From contig CP070842.1 in the NCBI GenBank assembly GCA_020342155.1, positions 876,034-940,033 on the forward strand: a stretch of DNA of 64,000 nucleotides, given 5' to 3'. Under the pieces are notes generated by a model. The model ran no database searches, had not been told where the DNA came from, and saw only the letters and a list, made by a program, of their open reading frames with translations. The translations under genes were made by a program, and so were the position numbers. Each line of letters opens with the position of its first letter. The first letter of the stretch is position 1. Shown here piece by piece: positions 46,369 to 55,009 of the stretch. The DNA is from Dehalococcoidales bacterium. Lineage in GTDB: Bacteria; Chloroflexota; Dehalococcoidia; Dehalococcoidales; Fen-1064.

Positions 46369-47744
46369 GTTGAGCTCTCCTCGAGTGCTTTTCGGGCATT
46401 GGCCAGGGCTTGCGCCACTCGCTTCGGGGCAGTACCACCAATGTTGTCCCTGGCGGCCAGTGATGACTCTACGGTGATTGAATAGACATCCTCGCCGAAG
46501 CGGGGAGAGAACTGTTTGTATGCTTCGAGACTAAGCATATCAAGGGTCTTGTCCTGACTGACTGCGTAGCCTATCAGACGGGCGATAATATCGTGGGCGG
46601 TACGAAATGACTCTCCTTTTTTCACGAGGTAGTCGGCGAGGTCGGTCGCCAGTAGATAGCCCCGCCGAACAGCCTTGGTCGTATTATCTGTCTTGATGTG
46701 GAGTGTAGCCACTATGCTGGCCATTACTTCCAGTGTAGCCAGCAATGTATCTACGGTGTCAAAGAATCCTTCTTTATCTTCCTGCATATCCTTGTTATAG
46801 GCTAGCGGTAGGCCTTTCATGGTGGTCAATAGTGCCATGAGGTTGCCGTAGATCCGTCCCGTCTTGCTCCGAGCAAGCTCGGCGACATCCGGGTTCTTCT
46901 TCTGGGGCATGATACTCGAACCGGTGGCGTAGGTGTCGTCGAGCTCGATAAAGTCAAACTCTGCCGAAGACCACAAAATAACCTCCTCAGCCAGCCGCGA
47001 GACATGCATCATACAGAGGCTGGTGGCAACCTCATACTCTATCACGAAGTCACGGTCGGATACGGCGTCAAGGCTGTTCTGGCTTATCCGGTCGAAGCCC
47101 AGTTCCCGGGCAAGGAATTCACGGTCGATGTTATAGGCGACACCAGCCAGTGCCCCGCTACCGAGGGGCAGGATGTCCGTCCGTTTACGACAGCATTTGA
47201 ACCGGTCGGCATCTCGCTGGAGCATCTCGAAGTAGGCCAGGAGATGATGGGCAAGCAGTACTGGTTGTGCCTGCTGCAGGTGCGTGTAACCGGGAATGAC
47301 GGTGTCCTTGTTGGCTTCCGCCAGGTCAACGAGTGCCTTCTGCAGTCCCCGGATTTCCGCAATCGATTGAGCAATTGCATCCCGCGTGAACAACCGCATA
47401 TCAACGGCTATCTGGTCGTTTCTGGAGCGAGCGGTGTGGAGCTTGCCTCCGATTTCTCCGACCTTCTCAATGAGGCGGGCCTCAATATTCATGTGGATAT
47501 CTTCAAGCTCTGGTTTGAACTCGAATTTACCCTGCTCGATTTCTTTCTTAATGGAGTTCAAGCCACCGATGATGGTCTGGGCCTCTTGCTCCGAGATTAT
47601 ACCCTGCTTTGCCAGCATCCGTGCGTGGACGATGCTACCAGTAATATCGTATGGGTAAAGGCGCTTGTCAAACTGTATCGAGGCAGTATAGGTCTCCGCC
47701 AGCTTATCGGCGTCCTTATTAAAACGTCCGCGTATCTGACTCAT
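46365..47744 (-). CDS. argH: Argininosuccinate lyase
   Basis: GGKLHTARSRNDQ, the signature GSSIMPQKKNPD, and a 4-nt overlap with argG. Confidence 0.95.
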   Translation of the reverse strand: MSQIRGRFNKDADKLAETYTASIQFDKRLYPYDITGSIVHARMLAKQGIISEQEAQTIIGGLNSIKKEIEQGKFEFKPELEDIHMNIEARLIEKVGEIGGKLHTARSRNDQIAVDMRLFTRDAIAQSIAEIRGLQKALVDLAEANKDTVIPGYTHLQQAQPVLLAHHLLAYFEMLQRDADRFKCCRKRTDILPLGSGALAGVAYNIDREFLARELGFDRISQNSLDAVSDRDFVIEYEVATSLCMMHVSRLAEEVILWSSAEFDFIELDDTYATGSSIMPQKKNPDVAELARSKTGRIYGNLMALLTTMKGLPLAYNKDMQEDKEGFFDTVDTLLATLEVMASIVATLHIKTDNTTKAVRRGYLLATDLADYLVKKGESFRTAHDIIARLIGYAVSQDKTLDMLSLEAYKQFSPRFGEDVYSITVESSLAARDNIGGTAPKRVAQALANARKALEESST

Positions 47745-48991
47745 GGCTCTTCCTCTGGCTCCTCCGGGGCAAGAAGACTGAGCGGTCCTTCGATATCGGC
47801 TAGTAGCTGTGTCTGTGCCTGGGTCTGTGCTGGTAAGCCCCAGAGGTGAATGAAGCCAGCTGCGGCACTCTGGTCGAACTGGTCGCCCTTGTCATAGGTG
47901 GCCAGGCCGAGATTGTATAGTGATTTGGGTGCCCGGCGACCGACGACGTTGGTATGTCCCTTGAACAATTTCATCCTGACTGTCCCGGTGACGAAGCGTT
48001 GTGTGCTGAGGATATAGGCTGAGAGGTCCCGGTTGAGGGCACTGAACCATAGTCCATTATAGATGAGGTCGGCATATTCTGTGGCCACCTTCTGCTTAAA
48101 ACGGAGTTGGTCCTTGGATAATGTCATCGCTTCGAGGGCCTGGTGTGCCTGTAATAGTACCGTGGCCGCTGGGGCTTCATAAATTTCACGTGATTTGATG
48201 CCGACGACGCGGTTCTCGATGTGGTCAATCCTGCCAATGCCGTGTTTTCCAGCGATTTCATTTAGTGTCTGGACAAGCTCAACCCCGTTCATCACTTCAC
48301 TATCGTAACTAGTGGGAGTGCCCTTCTCAAAACCTATCTCAATATAGGTCGGCTTATCCGGGGTTTTGTCCAGTGACTTCGTCCAGGTGAAGACGTCTTC
48401 TGGCGGTTCAGCCCAGGGGTCCTCGAGGATGCCGCACTCAATGGCCTTCCCCCAGAGACATTCATCAATCGAATAAGGGCTATTGACCGTAATCGGCACG
48501 GGTATGCCGTGCTGTTCGGCGTAGGTTATCGTCTCCTCTCGTGTCATACCCCATTCCCGGGCTGGGGCGATAATCTTGAGGTTGGGGGCCAGGGTCTTAA
48601 TACCGACGTCAAACCGTACTTGGTCATTTCCCTTGCCAGTGCAACCGTGGGCAATGGCGGTGGCGCCTTCTTCTGCTGCAGCATCTACCATCAGCTTCAC
48701 CATGAGCGGACGGGAGAGAGCGGTCGCCAGCGGATACTGTCCTTCGTAGAGGGCATTAGCCTGCAGGGCCGGGAAGACAAAGTAATCGATAAACAGCTGC
48801 TTGGCGTCGACCACGAGTGCCTTGATGGCACCCGTCTTTAGTGCCTTCTCCTTAACAGCAGCAAAATCACGCTCATTGCCGACATCAATCGTGAGCGTAA
48901 TCACGTCCAGGCCGTACTTCTCTTGTATCCATTTGATGGCTACGGATGTATCAAGACCTCCGCTATAAGCCAGTATCACCTTATCTGCCAC
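47741..48991 (-). CDS. argG: Argininosuccinate synthase
   Basis: VILAYSGGLDTSV, AHGCTGKGNDQVRF. It carries a short acidic C-terminal extension. Confidence 0.95.
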   Translation of the reverse strand: MADKVILAYSGGLDTSVAIKWIQEKYGLDVITLTIDVGNERDFAAVKEKALKTGAIKALVVDAKQLFIDYFVFPALQANALYEGQYPLATALSRPLMVKLMVDAAAEEGATAIAHGCTGKGNDQVRFDVGIKTLAPNLKIIAPAREWGMTREETITYAEQHGIPVPITVNSPYSIDECLWGKAIECGILEDPWAEPPEDVFTWTKSLDKTPDKPTYIEIGFEKGTPTSYDSEVMNGVELVQTLNEIAGKHGIGRIDHIENRVVGIKSREIYEAPAATVLLQAHQALEAMTLSKDQLRFKQKVATEYADLIYNGLWFSALNRDLSAYILSTQRFVTGTVRMKLFKGHTNVVGRRAPKSLYNLGLATYDKGDQFDQSAAAGFIHLWGLPAQTQAQTQLLADIEGPLSLLAPEEPEEEP

Positions 48992-49018
48992 TTCATATCT
49001 CCTTCAAGGTAACCAAGT

Positions 49019-50200
49019 TTAAACGGTTGACAGGGTCTTGTCCAGTATTCCTAGCGCCTCATCGACCTCACTCTTGCCGATATTCAGAGGTGGTATGAAA
49101 CGCAGGGCGTTGGGCTTCACCTGGTTCACCAGCAGCCCTTCCTTGAGGCAGGCCATGAGTATCGACTGTCCTATTTCGTTATCGAATTCTACCGCCACCA
49201 ACAGTCCACGCCCCCGCACTTCGGTAATGAACTGATATTTTCGTTGCAGTTGCTTCAAACCGTCAATAAGGTATTGTCCAACTTGTTTGGCATTCCCGGG
49301 AATATCATTCTCAATAACGTATTTTAGCGTGGCGTAGGCAGTGGCGCTGGTTACCGGATTACCTCCGAAGGTAGAGTTGTGATCTCCAACGGTAAAAACA
49401 GAGGCTTTTTCCTTGGCCAGAAACGCTCCGATAGGCATGCCACCACCCAGTCCCTTGGCAAGGGCCATAATATCAGGTTCAATGCCGTATGTTTGATAAC
49501 CGAACAGTGTGCCGAGTCGGCCAATCCCCGTCTGGACCTCATCAAGTATGAGCAGTATACCTTTCTGATCGCACCATTCCCGCACTTTTTTAGGGTAATC
49601 ATCGTCGGGTAAATTTACACCGGTCTCCGCCTGTATCAACTCCAACATGACAGCACATGTCTTCTCCGTGGTGGCGGATTTAATTGCCTCGATGTCGTTA
49701 TTTTCCACATTGATAAAGCCGACCGGTAGTGGCTTGTACGGTGTATGCATCTTTACCTGTCCGCTCGCTGCCGTCAGGGCGAGAGAACGGCCGTGAAAAG
49801 AATTATTAGTGGTGATAATCTCGTAGGCGCCGTTAAGATTTAGAGCACCGTAGCGTCGTGCCAGTTTAATAGCACCCTCATTGGCTTCAAGACCACTGTT
49901 ACAGATAAAAACTTTGTCCAGGCAGCTATTCTGAATCAGCAGTTCAGCCAGCTGTAGCATTGGGATGGTATAATACCAGAGTGAAGTCTGCATCAGGGTG
50001 CGTGCCTGCTCAGCTACAGCATCGGCAACTATTGGGTGGCAGTGCCCCAGACAATTGACTGCCAGACCACAGACGAAGTCCAGGTATTCTCTACCCTTAT
50101 CATCCCAGACCCGTACCCCCTCACCGCGTACCAGTGTTACCGGGACACGGACGATTGTCTGCATATAGTATTTGCTGTCCAGTTCCTGCCAGTCGGTCAT
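49019..50200 (-). CDS. argD: Acetylornithine aminotransferase
   Basis: Class III PLP aminotransferase: LILDEVQTGIGRLG, PDIMALAKGLGGG. It sits in the arg cluster. Confidence 0.9.
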   Translation of the reverse strand: MTDWQELDSKYYMQTIVRVPVTLVRGEGVRVWDDKGREYLDFVCGLAVNCLGHCHPIVADAVAEQARTLMQTSLWYYTIPMLQLAELLIQNSCLDKVFICNSGLEANEGAIKLARRYGALNLNGAYEIITTNNSFHGRSLALTAASGQVKMHTPYKPLPVGFINVENNDIEAIKSATTEKTCAVMLELIQAETGVNLPDDDYPKKVREWCDQKGILLILDEVQTGIGRLGTLFGYQTYGIEPDIMALAKGLGGGMPIGAFLAKEKASVFTVGDHNSTFGGNPVTSATAYATLKYVIENDIPGNAKQVGQYLIDGLKQLQRKYQFITEVRGRGLLVAVEFDNEIGQSILMACLKEGLLVNQVKPNALRFIPPLNIGKSEVDEALGILDKTLSTV

Positions 50201-50224
50201 GTCTGTTCTCCCTGTGCTAGGTGT

Positions 50225-51040
50225 TCAATCTTTTTCTATCGTTGTGCCGATCCTGTCTCCCTCGATTGCCTTGAGCAGAGCGTGGGGTATTTGACCGCCA
50301 ATGATTGAGGCGGTGCGACTTCCGGAAAGAGCCCTCAGGCAAGCTCGAAGTTTGGGAATCATTCCCCCCGAAGCTACGTCCGAAGATATCAATTCCTCAG
50401 CTTCAGCAGGGGAGAGGTGGGGGATTAGATTGCCCTGTTTATCATGAATGCCATCAACATCGGTGAGGAAGATAAGCTGTTCGGCAGCGATTGCCGCAGC
50501 AATTTCACCAGCGACGGTATCTCCATTAACATTTAGTATCTGCGGTTCACCATCTGACCTGCCAGACGAGTGAATACTAAGAGGAGCGATAACGGGAATA
50601 AAACCTGAATTCAGCAGAGTATTAAGGATACCGATATTTACCTTCGTGACTGTGCCTACGAAACCCATTTCTTTTTCTCTGAGTTTGCCTTCAAGCAGAG
50701 AACCATCGACGCCGCTGATGCCAACAGCCTTACCTTTACGGCTATTTAGCAGGGTTACTATTTCCTTATTAGCCAGACCGGCCAGCACAGAAATCACTAC
50801 TTCCAGGGTTGGCCTGTCAGTCACTCTTTCACCATGGACGAAATGAGTGGTAATGGCTTGCTTCCCAAGCCATTCGGTTATCATTTTACCCCCTCCGTGC
50901 ACGATAACCATTGGTATACCGCGTCGCTGAAGCTCCACGATATCTTCAACGTCGCCAACATCCAGAACACTGGGTTCATGTTTGCCGAAGGTGCTGCCGC
51001 CTATCTTAACGACAATGATCCCGCTCAGTTGCTTACTCAC
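50225..51040 (-). CDS. argB: Acetylglutamate kinase
   Basis: IVVKIGGS, VIVHGGG, LNVNGDTVAGEIA. Confidence 0.93.
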   Translation of the reverse strand: MSKQLSGIIVVKIGGSTFGKHEPSVLDVGDVEDIVELQRRGIPMVIVHGGGKMITEWLGKQAITTHFVHGERVTDRPTLEVVISVLAGLANKEIVTLLNSRKGKAVGISGVDGSLLEGKLREKEMGFVGTVTKVNIGILNTLLNSGFIPVIAPLSIHSSGRSDGEPQILNVNGDTVAGEIAAAIAAEQLIFLTDVDGIHDKQGNLIPHLSPAEAEELISSDVASGGMIPKLRACLRALSGSRTASIIGGQIPHALLKAIEGDRIGTTIEKD

Positions 51041-51065
51041 GTCTCTCCCTGTATATATACCACAT

Positions 51066-52283
51066 TCAGGTGGTGTATTGACTGTTTATAGTAACGTATT
51101 TCTCGGTCAGGTCACAGCCCCAGGCTGTTGCTGAGGCGGTGCCCAGGTTTAAGTTCAACGTAACCGGCACCTCGTCCTTTTCCAGCACCCGGACGACACC
51201 AGCTTCATCGTATGATTGCGGGATGCCGCACTTCAGCACGAGGACGTCCCCAATGTGGAGGTCGAGGCTGTTTTCTATAACTTCGGCCCCGCTCCTCCCC
51301 AGTGCCGCCACCACCCGGCCCCAGTTGGGGTCACGACCGTAGACTGCTGCCTTCCACAGGGGAGAACTCACGATTGTCCGTGCTGCCAGAGCAGCATCGG
51401 CCTTGCTGGCTGCCCCGTTAACGGCAACCTCCAGTAACTTAGTCGCTCCCTCACCGTCGCGTGCCACTGCCTTTGCCAGGTGGATACAGACCCGGTTAAG
51501 GGCCTGCTGAAAAAGCTCCGCCGCCTGGCTTCCCGACGAGATTGGTGGGTTTCCTGCCATCCCGTTGGCCAGCAGCAGCAGGGTATCACTGGGACTGGTA
51601 TCGCCGTCGATGGAGACCATATTGAATGAGACATCGGCTGACCGGTGTAACGCTTCCTGCAAGAAATGGGGTTCTACAGCGGCATCAGTCGTAAGAAAGC
51701 ATAGCAGGGTTCCCAGGTTCGGGTGAATCATCCCCGAGCCCTTGGCTACGCCACCGATGGTGAACCGGAGCCCTTCGGCTGAGACAGCTACCGCTGTCTC
51801 CTTGGGAACAGTGTCCGTGGTCATCATCGCCCGGGCGAGGTCTTGGCCACCGTTATCGGACAGGCTGACGTGATTGAGGCCGTCCCTTATCCGCTCCATC
51901 GGTAGTCGTTGACCGATAACGCCGGTGCTGGCTACCAGGACTTCCTCGGTGTCTATTCCCAGCGCTTTGGCTGTCAGTGTTGCCATCTCGGCAGCATCGG
52001 CCAGGCCCTGCTTACCCGTGCTGGCGTTAGCGCAGCCACTATTTACAACGACGGCTACCGCCCGCCCTTTCTTTAATCGCTCCTGGCAAAGTAGCACCGG
52101 GGCGGACTTAATCCGGTTGGTGGTGAACAGGCCGGCAGTCACGCACGGCTCCTGTGAGAACAGGATGCCAAGGTCCTGCTTATCACCGCTGCCTTGCTTA
52201 ATTTCAGCAGCGGTAGCACCGGCGTGAAATCCCTGCGGAGAGGTTGCCGTGCCGTCGTTTACGGTGTCGATTTTGGTTTCCAT
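51066..52283 (-). CDS. argJ: Bifunctional ornithine acetyltransferase / N-acetylglutamate synthase ArgJ
   Basis: GFHAGATAAEIK, SGCANASTG, autoprocessing-site region MIHPNLGTLLCFLTTDA. The start is set at METKID (52283). Confidence 0.88.
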   Translation of the reverse strand: METKIDTVNDGTATSPQGFHAGATAAEIKQGSGDKQDLGILFSQEPCVTAGLFTTNRIKSAPVLLCQERLKKGRAVAVVVNSGCANASTGKQGLADAAEMATLTAKALGIDTEEVLVASTGVIGQRLPMERIRDGLNHVSLSDNGGQDLARAMMTTDTVPKETAVAVSAEGLRFTIGGVAKGSGMIHPNLGTLLCFLTTDAAVEPHFLQEALHRSADVSFNMVSIDGDTSPSDTLLLLANGMAGNPPISSGSQAAELFQQALNRVCIHLAKAVARDGEGATKLLEVAVNGAASKADAALAARTIVSSPLWKAAVYGRDPNWGRVVAALGRSGAEVIENSLDLHIGDVLVLKCGIPQSYDEAGVVRVLEKDEVPVTLNLNLGTASATAWGCDLTEKYVTINSQYTT

Positions 52284-52387
52284 AACAAGTCTAACTATAT
52301 CATACTGGTCGTAGCTAGGCAATTGGAGGTGGAGTGAGGTTAACTTCTTGCAATCCATTCTGGATGCCAGTAGACTGGACTCTGACG

Positions 52388-53155
52388 ATGAAGACAGTCC
52401 GTTTCGCTTCCGACCGGAGAACCAGGTACGGCATACTCAATGGTGACTCCATTCAGGCCATTCATGGCAACCCTTTTCGTTATATCAGACCTTCTAGTGA
52501 GAGATACCGATTGAGTGATGTAAGGCTCCTGGCGCCCTGCCTTCCATCTAAGATAGTGGCGGTTGGACTTAACTACCGAAGCCATGCCGAAGAGCTCGGC
52601 AGCCCGATACCCGAAGCCCCTCTGATATTCCTTAAGCCATCGACGTCCGTTATCGGGCCGGAGGATGATATCGTTTATCCACCGGTCTCGAACCGGGTCG
52701 ACTACGAGGGAGAGCTAGGGGTGGTAATGAAGAAAAAGGCCCGGCAGGTATCGTCAGAAGAGGCATTGGACTACGTGCTTGGTTATACCTGCTTTAACGA
52801 TGTCACTGCCCGTGACTTGCAGAATCGGGACGGACAGTGGACACGAGCCAAGGGTTTCGATACCTTTGCGGCTCTCGGTCCCTGTATCGAGACAGAGCTC
52901 GATCCGACCAGCGTTCCGGTTGAAACTTATCTCAATGGCGAACTGAAGCAACAGGGTAATACCAATGACCTTATATATTCTGTTGCCGAGATTATCAGTT
53001 TCGTTTCTGGCGTGATGACTTTGTTGCCGGGTGATGTTATTGCTACCGGCACCCCCGGCGGTATCGGACCGATGTCGGTAGGTGATACCGTTGAGATAAG
53101 GATAGCACCGATTGGTATATTGTGGAACTGCGTCGCTGGTAGTAGTGGAAGATAG
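52388..53155 (+). CDS. Fumarylacetoacetate hydrolase-family protein
   Basis: VDYEGELGVVM, GYTCFNDVTARDLQ, PGDVIATGTPGGIG. The start is set at MKTVRF (52388). Confidence 0.85.
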   Translation: MKTVRFASDRRTRYGILNGDSIQAIHGNPFRYIRPSSERYRLSDVRLLAPCLPSKIVAVGLNYRSHAEELGSPIPEAPLIFLKPSTSVIGPEDDIVYPPVSNRVDYEGELGVVMKKKARQVSSEEALDYVLGYTCFNDVTARDLQNRDGQWTRAKGFDTFAALGPCIETELDPTSVPVETYLNGELKQQGNTNDLIYSVAEIISFVSGVMTLLPGDVIATGTPGGIGPMSVGDTVEIRIAPIGILWNCVAGSSGR

Positions 53156-53163
53156 GTGATCTA

Positions 53164-53706
53164 ATGCATCATACCCTCAAGCTGTATAGTCGGCACCGCG
53201 AGTCTGCTCTCCGGTTCTATATGTTTTGGGCAAGGTGGACTAGAATTCCATTGATTGGTTGTTTAGTACGGCGGGTGGCTAATACCTGGGGTAATAATCT
53301 GGAGGGGGCATACGTGCTGACGACCGACGAAGCCGGTGAGATAGTGGATGCATGTGAAAAACTGGCACTCGGGCCGTGTAGCTGTCGTGAGCTGTATCAT
53401 AACTGCGATAACCCGGTCAATGTGGAGATAATGCTCAGGCTGAACGGCAATATGTTTATCGAAGAGCGCCCGGGCGATTACCACGAGATAAGCAAAGTGG
53501 AGGCTAAGGATATCCTGCGGGAGTGTCACCAGAGGGGCCTGATTCACAGTATTGTTAAGTGCCGCGAGGACTTTTACGCGATTTGTAACTGCTGTACTTG
53601 CTGCTGTGTGCCGCTGCAACTCCACAACCAGTACGGTATCGGCAGTGCCCTTACCAGGAAAGACGACATCATACGGGTCTTCCGGGAGCACCAGCACGCG
53701 GTTTGA
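53164..53706 (+). CDS. Cysteine-rich protein, putative Fe-S/metal-binding, family not recognised
   Basis: 180 aa with GPCSCRELYHNCDNP and a dense ICNCCTCCCVPL cluster. Confidence 0.5.
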   Translation: MHHTLKLYSRHRESALRFYMFWARWTRIPLIGCLVRRVANTWGNNLEGAYVLTTDEAGEIVDACEKLALGPCSCRELYHNCDNPVNVEIMLRLNGNMFIEERPGDYHEISKVEAKDILRECHQRGLIHSIVKCREDFYAICNCCTCCCVPLQLHNQYGIGSALTRKDDIIRVFREHQHAV

Positions 53707-53777
53707 CAGGGTAGGGGTTGTACCCTATCATGTCTGGGTACTGGTTGCGATGGTTAGTACGAGACAGGAGGCAGGAA

Positions 53778-53984
53778 ATGGCGTTAACGGCTGATTCGAC
53801 AATCGGAGAGATCCTGAAAGCACGATCCGATGCCAAGGACATTATCTCCAAACATGCCGGGCAGGCGGTCGACGAGTCCATGCTGTCGATGGCGATGGGC
53901 ATGACCATCAAGCAGGTGGCCGGTTTTGTCAACTGGGGTCCGGACAAGATAGAGGCCATTTTAAAAGACCTCAACGAGGACTAG
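53778..53984 (+). CDS. Small DUF1858-like protein (no cysteines)
   Basis: The ATG follows AGGAGGCAGGAA. MALTADSTIGEILKARSDAKDIISKH...IEAILKDLNED resembles the DUF1858 helical domain layout. Confidence 0.45.
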   Translation: MALTADSTIGEILKARSDAKDIISKHAGQAVDESMLSMAMGMTIKQVAGFVNWGPDKIEAILKDLNED

Positions 53985-54064
53985 TCCTTACTCTGCTGTT
54001 TTGAAATACATAGTATTCAGTCAGGTAGGTATTACTGTCTGCCTTGTTCCTGTCTGGTAGTGCT

Positions 54065-54136
54065 GGCCCCATCCCCTGTATCCCCTTCCCCATGGGGAAA
54101 GGGGACGAAATAATAAGAGGGGCTGCGCCCCTCTTC
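54065..54136. repeat. REP-like GC-rich double-hairpin element, copy 2 (inverted relative to copy 1)
   Basis: GGCCCCATCCCCTGTATCCCC...TTCCCCATGGGGAA...AAGAGGGGC-TGC-GCCCCTCTT. The reverse complement aligns with 26983-27053. Confidence 0.6.
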
Positions 54137-54318
54137 GATTCCCTCCTAAATCTTGGGGGCTGTGCTCCTCTTTAAATCCTCCTGAGAGTATTTAGAGACT
54201 TCGCCTCTCCCGTACTTTTCGTAATAGCATTTGTAGGTGCTGCATTTTCGCTCATAGTTACTGGTTCTCTCTAAGGTGCGAACGACACCTGCCTGAGAAC
54301 CAGCCCCCACACCGTTTT

Positions 54319-54485
54319 GGGGTGTCAAGAGGGGTGTAACCCCTTTTGGCGGGCGATTCCAAGGGGGTGTCCCCCTTGGGGACGGATTGCCGTGTCGCTC
54401 CGCCCTGCCCGCCGTCCCTCGGGATTATGGCGGGCGGGTCTCTCGCAATGACAGGTGCAGGGACAGCATGCCCCTCGCCCACCTT
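54319..54485. repeat. Cluster of GC-rich tri-loop hairpins and repeat debris in a convergent intergenic region
   Basis: Hairpins occur at 54327-54347 (AAGAGGGGT-GTA-ACCCCTTTT) and 54359-54379 (CCAAGGGGG-TGT-CCCCCTTGG). CGCAATGACAGG...CAGCATG at 54441-54471 resembles 34095-34120. Confidence 0.5.
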
Positions 54486-54512
54486 TGTATATCTTGTAGC
54501 TGGGGATTCTGC

Positions 54513-54905
54513 TCACTCCCTAGGCTTGATCTCAACCAGCTCGATGAGCACATTATCCGGGGCCCAGAAGAAGGTTATCTTCATACGCGACCCCAGCTCT
54601 GTAATATCGCCCCGGAATTCCACTCCCTTTCCCTTTAGATTGGACACGGTCGTTTCCAGGTCATCGGTCCTCAGCCCGAAGTGGTCCAGCCCGCTGCTGG
54701 CACCTGATGGTGCCGATTCCGTATCGGCTGGTCGCTGCATAATCAGGACAATTGAACCACCGAGGTCAAGCTCAACGGTGACACGCCCATCGGGGAGCTC
54801 CCTGGTGTTGGTTATCTCGGCATTGAACATGTCCTTGTAGAACTCGGCTGTCTTCTTCGGGTCGGTGCTGGCCAGGTGGATGTGGTGATACCAGTAGTTT
54901 GGCAT
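54513..54905 (-). CDS. VOC/glyoxalase-family protein
   Basis: HHIHLASTDPKKTAEFY and GLDHFGLRTDDLE are typical VOC beta-alpha-beta-beta-beta modules. SD is AGAAGGAGG. Confidence 0.8.
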   Translation of the reverse strand: MPNYWYHHIHLASTDPKKTAEFYKDMFNAEITNTRELPDGRVTVELDLGGSIVLIMQRPADTESAPSGASSGLDHFGLRTDDLETTVSNLKGKGVEFRGDITELGSRMKITFFWAPDNVLIELVEIKPRE

Positions 54906-54946
54906 TCGGATACCTCCTTCTTTCTAGACCGGGACTTTCTTATAAA

Positions 54947-55009
54947 TTACCCCTCTTTTGCCTTCTTTTGCAACTCATAAAGCTGCGTCAGGGCTTTCAG
55001 TAGTGTCAT
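54947..55009 (-). pseudogene. Orphan diverged copy of the mutS 3' end (last 20 codons plus stop)
   Basis: It encodes MTLLKALTQLYELQKKAKEG*. The true MutS C-terminus is MTPLEALTRLYELQKRARDGGR* (56302-56237). 14 of 20 aa are identical, and nucleotide identity is ~76% over the 42 nt I aligned by eye. Its ATG overlaps the stop of the upstream gene (ATGA). Confidence 0.5.
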
